From assembly GCF_000175255.2 (NCBI RefSeq), contig NC_017262.1:480001-512000 (forward strand): a stretch of DNA of 32,000 nt, given 5' to 3'. The position numbers and the translations under genes were made by a program. Shown piece after piece: positions 25,040 to 32,000 of this stretch (position 1 is its first letter; each line of letters opens with the position of its first letter). Below the pieces are notes generated by a model. That model saw only the letters and a program-made list of their open reading frames with translations. It did no database searches and was not told the DNA's origin. The stretch is from Zymomonas mobilis subsp. mobilis ATCC 10988. Its GTDB lineage: Bacteria; Pseudomonadota; Alphaproteobacteria; Sphingomonadales; Sphingomonadaceae.

Positions 25040-25936
25040 ATGGCAGTTAATCTTAAGACCATGATGGAACAGGTCGCTCAGGATATTGACCGGCTTTTTG
25101 CTGAACAATTACCGGTTCCAGAAGACCCCCGTCGCCGCTTGGTAGAGGCCATGCGCTATGCCGCAATCGGTGGCGGAAAAAGACTGCGTCCTCTTCTGGT
25201 TGTCGCCACCTGCGCCTTGTTCAATGTCGATCGCGAAGCCGCTTTACGGGTCGGCATGGCTATCGAATGTATCCATGTCTATTCTTTGATTCATGATGAC
25301 ATGCCCTGCATGGACAATGATGATTTGCGGCGTGGCAAACCCACTGTTCATAAAGCCTTTGATGATGCTTCTGCGGTTCTTTCAGGTGACGCGCTTCAGG
25401 CTTTGGCTTTTGAAATTCTTTCAGAAGAAAAAATCCATACCGATCCCCATGTTCGGCTGGAATTGATTCAGGCTTTGGCTATCGCCTCCGGTAAAGACGG
25501 TATGGTCGGTGGACAGGCCATCGATTTGGCCGCAGAAACCTCGACGGTGCCTTTTGATCTTCCGACCATCACCCGCTTGCAACAGCTTAAAACCGGCGCC
25601 TTATTCGGTTTTTGTTTAGAAGCTGGTGCTATCATGGGTCGTCAGAATAAAGACATCCGTGATCGTCTGAAGGCCTATGCCCGTGATATCGGTCTTGCTT
25701 TCCAGATTGCTGATGATCTGATCGATGCCGAAGGTGACGAAGCCGTTGCCGGAAAAGCAGTCGGTAAAGATGCTGCCGCCGGAAAAGCGACCTTCCTGTC
25801 TCTGTTAGGTCTCGAAAAAGCCCGCTCACAGGCACAGGCATTGGTCGATCAGGCGATTGCTCATCTGTCTGTTTTCGGATCAGAAGCCGATTATTTACGG
25901 AGTATTGCTCGCTATATCGTAGCGCGCGATCACTAA
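25040..25936 (+). CDS. ispA: Farnesyl/geranyl diphosphate synthase (short-chain trans-prenyltransferase)
   Basis: GGKRLRP, the first Asp-rich motif LIHDDMPCMDNDDLRRGKPT and the second Asp-rich motif FQIADDLID. Confidence 0.93.
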   Translation: MAVNLKTMMEQVAQDIDRLFAEQLPVPEDPRRRLVEAMRYAAIGGGKRLRPLLVVATCALFNVDREAALRVGMAIECIHVYSLIHDDMPCMDNDDLRRGKPTVHKAFDDASAVLSGDALQALAFEILSEEKIHTDPHVRLELIQALAIASGKDGMVGGQAIDLAAETSTVPFDLPTITRLQQLKTGALFGFCLEAGAIMGRQNKDIRDRLKAYARDIGLAFQIADDLIDAEGDEAVAGKAVGKDAAAGKATFLSLLGLEKARSQAQALVDQAIAHLSVFGSEADYLRSIARYIVARDH

Positions 25937-25957
25937 ATTTTACGTATCAGCCTCTTT

Positions 25958-25994
25958 TGACAGCAAAAAATCTTGAAAAAGTTTTTTGCTGTCA
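25958..25994. repeat. 13-bp perfect inverted repeat TGACAGCAAAAAA-N11-TTTTTTGCTGTCA between ispA and coaD
   Basis: Arms at 25958-25970 and 25982-25994, with the loop tcttgaaaaag. The repeat starts 22 nt after the ispA stop and ends 26 nt before the coaD ATG. Confidence 0.6.
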
Positions 25995-26019
25995 GGAGTG
26001 TGAAGGGAAATGTTGTGAT

Positions 26020-26556
26020 ATGGACGCTCTCTCTCCGAAAAAGCAGCCCATTGCGCTTTATCCCGGTACTTTTGACCCTGTCACGCTAGGTCATCTTGAT
26101 ATTATCCGGCGCGGCGCTCGTATCTTCGACCATCTTATTATTGCAGTTGCTGAGAATCCGGGGAAATCGCCGCTTTTCTCATCAGAAGAGCGGGCTTCCA
26201 TGATCCGTCATGAAATAAGCCGCCTCGAAAACCCAACAAAAAGCCGTATCGAAGTTATCATCTATAACTCTTTGCTGATGGATTGCGTCGAAAGCCAAGG
26301 CGCATCGGTTATTCTAAGGGGTTTGCGTGCGGTTGCCGATTTTGAATATGAATATCAAATGGCGGGCATGAACCAGCAAATAAATAATAAAATCGAAACT
26401 GTCTTTTTGATGGCAGACAGCGTTTTGCAACCTGTTGCTTCCCGTTTGGTCAAGGAAATCGCTTTTTATAATGGCAATATCACGCCTTTTGTGCCGCCTT
26501 ATGTCGCACAAAAATTACAAGAAGCCGTTACAAGAAAAAAATCTTTTCAAGATTAG
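26020..26556 (+). CDS. coaD: Phosphopantetheine adenylyltransferase
   Basis: The ATG at 26020 gives MDALSPKKQPIALYPGTFDPVTLGHLDIIRRG, which carries the nucleotidyltransferase TxGH motif. The TTG at 25957 in the ORF track falls inside the inverted repeat and adds a Cys-rich 21-aa extension that is unlikely to be real. Confidence 0.9.
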   Translation: MDALSPKKQPIALYPGTFDPVTLGHLDIIRRGARIFDHLIIAVAENPGKSPLFSSEERASMIRHEISRLENPTKSRIEVIIYNSLLMDCVESQGASVILRGLRAVADFEYEYQMAGMNQQINNKIETVFLMADSVLQPVASRLVKEIAFYNGNITPFVPPYVAQKLQEAVTRKKSFQD

Positions 26557-26792
26557 AATCTTTGGAATCAGAACGCTTGCAAGCCACAAAGTAAGGTTTT
26601 TATCCATATAACCTTCATCTTTTATCAGGCATAAGGTGACATTCTTTATTCCGAAGGCAAAACCCATCCCGTAACCGCTTTTTCTTTCCTGATAATCAGG
26701 ACAAGACTTTTGAAAAGCCTGTCCGATATGTCTATAACTCGGGTGATGATTGCTTAAATTATCAATATACCGTCAAGAAGGATGTTTATACT

Positions 26793-27626
26793 ATGCGCTG
26801 TAAGGGTATTTTAAAAAGCACTAGCGCCATTTTTGTGTTTTTTTTCTTAGCCGCGCCCCTTCTTGCTCAAAAACGTGGAAAAGAAAAAGAACCGGAGCTA
26901 ACGGCGACCCCGCAAGAAATCAGAAAAGTCGTTCAAAAAACGCAACGCCAAGCTCTGCCGGATTTACCCCCCATTCCTGAAATGACGCCTGAAAATACGC
27001 TTAACCTTGATCTTTCAACAGGTGGCCGCGTCGTTATCCAACTTCGCCCTGATAAAGCCCCGAAAAGCGTTGAACGGATTAAAACATTGGTACGGGAAGG
27101 TTTCTATAACGGCCTAAGATTCCACCGCGTTATTGAAGGCTTTATGGCGCAAACTGGTGATCCCAAAGGGGATGGTAGTGGCGGTTCTTCGCTTCCCAAT
27201 CTTCCGGCCGAATTTAACGACATGCCCCATGTCCGTGGGGAAGTCTCTATGGCAAGAGCGCAGGAAAAGGACAGCGCCAACAGCCAATTTTTTATTGTCT
27301 ATCAACCGACTTTCTCTCTTGATGGCGAATATACGCCTATCGGTCGAGTGGTGTCCGGCATGGAATATGTCGATGCGGTAGAAAAAGGTGAACCCCCTGC
27401 CCATCCGTCGATTATTGTCCGTGCTTCTATTGGTTCTGATAAAATCCATCCGCCGACGACTGAAGAAGTCAAGGCAGCCGTTGAAAAACAGGAAGCCATC
27501 AACCTTGCTGAACAACAAAAGCAGGAAGAAGAAGTGCGGCGTAATGCTATGCGCAGCCTTCTTGCCAAATCACGCGCGGCTTCTGCCAATGCAGAACCGC
27601 CGGCGGCTTCCGGCCAATCGCACTAA
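26793..27626 (+). CDS. Secreted cyclophilin-type peptidyl-prolyl cis-trans isomerase with C-terminal charged extension
   Basis: Signal peptide ILKSTSAIFVFFFLAAPLLAQ. The cyclophilin core has FHRVIEGFMAQTGDP, GGSS and NSQFFIV. A Glu/Gln/Ala-rich tail of about 65 aa follows the core. Confidence 0.9.
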   Translation: MRCKGILKSTSAIFVFFFLAAPLLAQKRGKEKEPELTATPQEIRKVVQKTQRQALPDLPPIPEMTPENTLNLDLSTGGRVVIQLRPDKAPKSVERIKTLVREGFYNGLRFHRVIEGFMAQTGDPKGDGSGGSSLPNLPAEFNDMPHVRGEVSMARAQEKDSANSQFFIVYQPTFSLDGEYTPIGRVVSGMEYVDAVEKGEPPAHPSIIVRASIGSDKIHPPTTEEVKAAVEKQEAINLAEQQKQEEEVRRNAMRSLLAKSRAASANAEPPAASGQSH

Positions 27627-27662
27627 TCATAATATCACTGTTTAAAACAGGAACGTCTTTCT

Positions 27663-28691
27663 ATGCGGGTTGATCTTTTCGACTTTGAGCTACCAACTGA
27701 ATCTATTGCGTTAAGACCCGCTGTTCCACGGGAATCCGCTCGTTTGTTGCAGGTTACATCCCAAGGGATGGATGACTACCATGTCGCGGATTTACCGAAT
27801 CTTTTACAAGAAGGCGATCTGTTAATCTTCAACGATACCCGTGTTATTCCGGCCTATCTTGAAGGCAAAAAAAATCAGGCACGTATCAGCGCCAATATGA
27901 TTAAACGCGAAGGCCTTCGCCAATGGCAGGCTTTCGTCCGTAATGCCAAAAGGCTGAAAAGCGATGATATCGTCGATTTCGGCCAAGATGTCTCTGCTCG
28001 GGTTGTTCATCGCAATGATGATGGCTCGGTTCTTTTTGAATTTCTTGGTAACGAGCCAGTTGAAATACTTTTGGAACGGGCAGGCAATATGCCCCTTCCC
28101 CCTTATATCGCCCATAAACGACCGGCGGACCAACAAGACAGGCAAGATTACCAAACTATCTTCGCAGAAAAAGAAGGCGCTGTCGCGGCGCCCACCGCTT
28201 CTCTTCATTTTACAGAAGAGCTCTTACAGCGATTAGAAGAAAAAGGCGTCAAACATACAAAAGTAACACTCCATGTCGGCGCTGGTACCTTTTTACCTAT
28301 GAAGGTAGAGGACAGCGATGACCATGTTATGCACAGCGAATGGGGACAAATCTCGGCTGAAACAGCGAACGCCATCAACGAAACCAAAAAACAAGGCGGT
28401 CGTGTTATCGCCACAGGTACAACCAGCCTTCGCCTGATCGAAAGTGCTGCCGATGAAATGGGTCTGGTTCATCCTTTTTCCGATGAAACCGATATTTTCA
28501 TCACTCCAGGCTACCGTTTTCAGGTCATTGACGGTCTAATGACGAATTTTCACTTGCCGAAATCGACCTTATTTATGCTGGTCTCGGCTTTAATGGGGCG
28601 GGAAAAGATGCTGGCTGCCTATCAACATGCGATTGATACTGGCTACCGTTTCTATTCCTACGGAGATTCCAGCCTTCTTTTACCGAAATAA
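27663..28691 (+). CDS. queA: S-adenosylmethionine:tRNA ribosyltransferase-isomerase
   Basis: MRVDLFDFELPTESIALRP, LIFNDTRVIPA, PLPPYI, AAPTASLHFT and TNFHLPKSTL are QueA signatures. Confidence 0.95.
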   Translation: MRVDLFDFELPTESIALRPAVPRESARLLQVTSQGMDDYHVADLPNLLQEGDLLIFNDTRVIPAYLEGKKNQARISANMIKREGLRQWQAFVRNAKRLKSDDIVDFGQDVSARVVHRNDDGSVLFEFLGNEPVEILLERAGNMPLPPYIAHKRPADQQDRQDYQTIFAEKEGAVAAPTASLHFTEELLQRLEEKGVKHTKVTLHVGAGTFLPMKVEDSDDHVMHSEWGQISAETANAINETKKQGGRVIATGTTSLRLIESAADEMGLVHPFSDETDIFITPGYRFQVIDGLMTNFHLPKSTLFMLVSALMGREKMLAAYQHAIDTGYRFYSYGDSSLLLPK

Positions 28692-28756
28692 TAACAGTGA
28701 TAGAAATATTGGATAACCCGCTTTTCTTGACAGACTGATAGCGTTAGACCAGCATT

Positions 28757-29335
28757 ATGACTCAAGATCCTCATAAAATGTTCGACGAATGGATGGATGA
28801 GGCTAAAAAAGCCGAAACCGATGATCCAACGGCGATGGCACTCGCAACAGCCAGCAAGCAGGCTTTCCCCTGTGTGCGAATGATGCTGTTAAAAGGACAT
28901 ACCAAAGACGGTTTTGTCTTTTTCACGAATTTGGGCAGCCGGAAAGGCCACGAGCTTTTAGAAAATCCGGTAGCAACCCTGCTCTTCCATTGGAAGAAAT
29001 TGCGCCGTCAGGTTCGCATTGAAGGGGCTGCCACGCTGATTTCTGATGAAGAAGCCGATGCCTATTTTGCAACGCGCGCACGCAAATCACAGCTTGGTGC
29101 ATGGGCATCCGAACAATCTCGCCCATTACCGGCACGTGATGTTTTCGAAAAACGGATTGCCGATATCGAAGCCCGCTATGAAGGCAAAGATGTGCCGCGT
29201 CCTCCTTACTGGACGGGGTTTCGAGTAAGCCCCATCCGTATGGAATTCTGGAATGATCGCGAGTTCAGATTACATGAACGCGAATTATTTACCCTGAATG
29301 ATGGCCGCTGGCAGAGCGAATTTTTATACCCCTAA
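28757..29335 (+). CDS. pdxH: Pyridoxamine 5'-phosphate oxidase
   Basis: DPTAMALATA, RMMLLKG, FFTNLGSRKG, RQVRIEG, the C-terminal EFWNDREFRLHER and the final LYP are typical of PdxH. Confidence 0.93.
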   Translation: MTQDPHKMFDEWMDEAKKAETDDPTAMALATASKQAFPCVRMMLLKGHTKDGFVFFTNLGSRKGHELLENPVATLLFHWKKLRRQVRIEGAATLISDEEADAYFATRARKSQLGAWASEQSRPLPARDVFEKRIADIEARYEGKDVPRPPYWTGFRVSPIRMEFWNDREFRLHERELFTLNDGRWQSEFLYP

Positions 29336-29341
29336 CCGGAT

Positions 29342-29375
29342 ATCCGGCAGGTTTCTTGAAAAAGGCCTGCCGGAT
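29342..29375. terminator. 10-bp GC-rich hairpin ATCCGGCAGG-N14-CCTGCCGGAT between convergent pdxH and the sigma-54 activator gene
   Basis: Arms at 29342-29351 and 29366-29375. It overlaps a 12-bp palindrome CCGGATATCCGG at 29336-29347. There are no strong U-runs. Confidence 0.5.
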
Positions 29376-30493
29376 CAAGAACGGCTTATCTTATATTTAT
29401 TCATCTTTTCGATAAGCGTTGTCCGGTGCAATCCTAAAAGACGGGCAGCATCAGAAACGATATTATTGGCAGAATTTAAAGCCGCCGTAATATAACGGCA
29501 CTCCAATTCCGTTACCAATTCCTTCAATTTCACAGCATCGCCGGGTATAGGAAAATCTGCAAATAACGCCAGATTTTCGCTTTCATTATCGGGATCATCC
29601 TCCAAAATATCATCAGCTAAAGACAAATCACGATCTGATGATATTTCCGATGACGGGCTGCTTAAATTCCACAAAGCATCGCGCTCGGCCGGTTGGCTCG
29701 AAACCGCCAGATTTAATAATTTTTGGGTCTGCTCCACCCCAACTTTTTGATCGGGATATAATATAGAGGTGCGCTCGATCAGATTACGCAATTCACGAAT
29801 ATTCCCCGGCCAGCTATATTGGGACAGATAATGCAAGGAATCCGAAGAAAAGCAAAATTTCCGACTTTCCGGCAAACGGTCACAAAAATATTCTGCCAAT
29901 AACGGAACATCATCAGAACGATCGGCCAATGAAGGCAAGTGAATAGGAAAGACGGCCAAACGGTAGAATAAATCTTCCCGAAAGGCTTTATGCTCAATCG
30001 CATTATGGATGTCGCGATGGGTCGCCGATATAATACGGGTATCAACATGGATAGGCTGCCGCCCACCCACGCGGGTAATAATATTATCCTCTAAAACCCG
30101 AAGCAGTTTAACCTGCATATCGAAAGGCATGTCGCCAATTTCGTCAAGAAAAAGCGTACCGCCATCAGCCTCTTCAAATCGTCCACAAGTCTGGCCAACA
30201 GCACCCGTAAAAGCGCCTTTTTCATGGCCAAACAACTCTGATTCCAACAAGTCGCGCGGAATTGCGCCACAATTAACAGGAATGAATCTTCCTTGTGAAC
30301 GCGGGCTTGATGCGTGAATAGAAGATGCAACCATCTCTTTACCGCTCCCAGATGGGCCGGTAATCAATACTGATGCAGAGGTAGGGGCAACCTGCTGAAT
30401 CAGATACCGTATTTCACGCATAGCGGGGCTTTCGCCGATAAGCGCTGTATTTTCTACGACAGAAGCACTCCTGAACGAAGAAATTGAAGCCAT
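29375..30493 (-). CDS. Sigma-54-dependent transcriptional activator (AAA+ EBP plus C-terminal HTH) lacking an N-terminal regulatory domain
   Basis: The AAA+ core begins about 17 residues from the N-terminus (LIGESPAMREIRYLI). It has Walker A GPSGSGKE, the sigma-54 contact loop GAFTGA, Walker B LFLDEI, an acidic linker, and a Fis-type HTH AARLLGLHRTTLIEKMNKY. Confidence 0.9.
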   Translation of the reverse strand: MASISSFRSASVVENTALIGESPAMREIRYLIQQVAPTSASVLITGPSGSGKEMVASSIHASSPRSQGRFIPVNCGAIPRDLLESELFGHEKGAFTGAVGQTCGRFEEADGGTLFLDEIGDMPFDMQVKLLRVLEDNIITRVGGRQPIHVDTRIISATHRDIHNAIEHKAFREDLFYRLAVFPIHLPSLADRSDDVPLLAEYFCDRLPESRKFCFSSDSLHYLSQYSWPGNIRELRNLIERTSILYPDQKVGVEQTQKLLNLAVSSQPAERDALWNLSSPSSEISSDRDLSLADDILEDDPDNESENLALFADFPIPGDAVKLKELVTELECRYITAALNSANNIVSDAARLLGLHRTTLIEKMNKYKISRS

Positions 30494-31275
30494 AATACGT
30501 TAAAAATTAATACTTTTAAAAAATATAATATAGTTGTTCATTTCTCAAAGCCATACCCTAGTTTTATTAGCCTTTATTGTTTTTATCATTTATTTTTTAC
30601 AAAAAAGGCCAAATATTATTTACAGCGCCCCACTGTAAAAAACATACATTGAAGACAATATCTATACTTAATTGTTTTGTTTTTAAATAAATACTTTAAT
30701 CAGAAATATGGAAATATTGAATAAACAATTTCCAAAACATTTTACATTCGATATAATTATATTTTACTTTCATAAAGAATGTAAAACGCCATATTTAGAA
30801 TGTTACTCATACCTCCCTTTTAAAAAGAACTGACCAGATCATCAGTTCCATAGGGCAATATGCAACTCGGCAAATAAATTTTGCTCTTTGACTTAATATT
30901 ACAACCATTATGGATTATAGCAGGATGTAACGTACTGACAAGTATAGAAAAATTATATATATCTTTAATAGTTTAAAATAAAATTAAAAATTATATTTTA
31001 AAATCAATTTGCATTTTTTAAACATAAAGGAATGATTTTTTATAAAAAGAAATTTAAGTCCAAAGATCATCTCATTTCGACAATATAATAAAAATCAATT
31101 ATGATTTGATTTTGTTTTTAAGGAATATAAGACGGTATAAATGTTATCAATTTCTTTTTGAATAGATGATGCTTTTAAATATCTTGTTCATCTAACAAGT
31201 TAAATATCTGTTTATTATGTCGATATAGTTGTCCTAAATCCAAATTATTAAATTCTGGCTGGAAATGGAAAAATA
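30494..31275. other. Extremely AT-rich region of about 780 bp with no ORF of 60 aa or more
   Basis: The six-frame track is empty here. By my count 30961-31020 contains 5 G/C in 60 nt. Short inverted and direct repeats are present (see findings). Confidence 0.8.
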
Positions 31276-31361
31276 ATGGCAAATAAAGATAAATCTGCCG
31301 CCTCTTTTTCCTTGAAATCAATACAAGCATCTCATCTTACTGTGCTTCTGATTACGCTTTT

Positions 31362-32000
31362 GGCTTTGTGTCTAGGTTTTGTTGACAAAGGAAGGTAACC
31401 ACAATTTTACGGCCGCGAGATGAAGGAAGGCGAGAAAAGATTTTCTGGTTTTGTCATAGCGTGTGGCAATGCGCCTGAACTGCTTTAGCTTATTAAACAT
31501 CCGCTCAATACGATTACGATCTTTGTAGTGCTGGAGATTATAAGGAATAGGCTTTTTTCGATTGGAACGAGGCGGGATAACAGGAAGAATGCCTCGAAAA
31601 AGCAGTTTTTCGCGTAACCTATCGCTATCATATCCTTTATCAGCGAGAAAACAGTGGGGTGTTGTGACAGGGATATCTATCAAGCTATCAGCGCCAGAAT
31701 AATCAGAGACCTCACCACCGGTTAGTGCGAAAGCTAGAGGGCGGCCTTGACCATCGGAACGGGCGTGGATCTTGCTCGTAAAGCCTCCGCGACTGCGACC
31801 AAAGCCTTCCTTATACGTCCCCCTTTTGCGCCAGCCGCTTGGCTGTGGGCGCGAATAATCGTACTATCTATCATATGTTGCCAGTCATCTGTCAGGCCAA
31901 GGTCAACGAGAGTTTCAAGAAGAGCGTCCCACACACCCTGTTCTGCCCACCTACGAAACCGAACATAGATCGAATTCCATTTCCCATAACGTTCATGCAT
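31362..32000 (-). mobile_element. IS5-family insertion sequence (IS427/IS1031-like two-ORF type), partial; continues beyond the window
   Basis: The transposase reading frames are described in the next feature. The left boundary is uncertain. GGCTTTGT at 31362 and GGAAGGT at 31390 each resemble IS5-family terminal repeats as I remember them. CTAG at 31372-31375 is a typical IS5-family target or end context. Confidence 0.75.
31372..32000 (-). CDS. IS5-family DDE transposase, OrfA/OrfAB joined by a putative -1 frameshift; 5' end outside the window
   Basis: The upstream frame reads ERYGKWNSIYVRFRRWAEQGVWD...IDSTIIRAHSQAAGAKGG and stops at 31734. The -1 frame continues KRGTYKEGFGRSRGGFTSKIHARSDGQGRPLAFALTGGEVSDYSGADSLIDIPVTTPHCFLADKGYDSD...ATRYDKT to the stop at 31372. 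The frames overlap at GCAAAAGGGGGACG (31816-31829). The M at 32000 in the ORF track is internal. Confidence 0.85.

Noticed and set aside
24692-25108. 138-aa ORF antisense to the whole of xseB and the start of ispA
   Set aside because: Its length is striking, but the translation is Phe/Leu/Cys-rich with no motif. xseB on the opposite strand is unmistakable. The Glu/Lys/Leu-rich codons of xseB naturally give an open antisense frame.
25957-26019. TTG-initiated, Cys-rich 21-aa extension (MTAKNLEKVFCCQECEGKCCD) in frame with coaD
   Set aside because: It resembles a metal-binding knuckle, but the codons are simply one arm and the loop of the 13-bp inverted repeat. CoaD homologues start close to the PGTFDP motif, and the ATG at 26020 has a GAAGGGA upstream.
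30757-30810. 17-codon minus-strand ORF (MSNILNMAFYILYESKI) directly after a GGGAGG
   Set aside because: The spacing between the SD and the ATG is only about 1 nt, the peptide has no recognisable features, and short ORFs are expected by chance in AT-rich DNA. It is worth rechecking only if ribosome profiling shows a signal.
1-32000. Search for tRNA, rRNA, CRISPR arrays, integrase or att sites, toxin-antitoxin pairs and defence-system signatures
   Set aside because: I saw no T-arm GGTTCGAATCC-type motif outside coding sequence. I saw no regularly spaced direct repeats. Apart from the terminal IS, I saw no phage or defence-type domains. The window is essentially core genome.

Overview
This is a chromosomal, mostly housekeeping window from an alphaproteobacterium. 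The squalene-hopene cyclase sequence and the gene order hpnA-B-C-D-E-shc / hpnG / hpnH-ispH / hpnM match the Zymomonas mobilis hopanoid locus as I remember it; no database was searched. Contents from left to right:
- 1-4092: a small chemosensory-like module made of an MCP 3' end, a CheA-like gene, a CheB-like gene and an overlapping unknown 110-aa ORF.
- 4162-15321: the hopanoid biosynthesis locus.
- 15576-16550: a His-rich cation diffusion facilitator.
- 16666-19390: dnaB, cdd and dcd.
- 19442-22069: ybaB, dnaX and an SRP (4.5S) RNA gene that an ORF track cannot show.
- 22177-23616: a [2Fe-2S] ferredoxin and a cysteine desulfurase.
- 24022-29335: a DUF1013-type protein, xseB, ispA, coaD, a secreted cyclophilin, queA and pdxH.
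- 29375-30493: a sigma-54 enhancer-binding protein with no N-terminal sensory domain.
- 30494-31275: an extremely AT-rich stretch of about 780 bp with no ORF of 60 aa or more.
- About 31362-32000: the end of an IS5-family insertion sequence that runs off the window.
I found no tRNA, rRNA, CRISPR array, or recognisable defence or toxin-antitoxin locus.
Most worth a second look:
1. The chemosensory module. By manual alignment to remembered E. coli sequences, the CheA-like protein has no His in its HPt-like domain and the CheB-like protein has Pro where the catalytic His belongs.
2. An A9 tract at dnaX codons 420-423. Stop codons follow within 3-6 codons in both alternative frames, at the position where E. 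coli makes gamma by frameshifting.
3. The sensor-less sigma-54 activator next to the AT-rich gap and the IS junction.
All family assignments rest on motif recognition by eye, and none was confirmed by a search.
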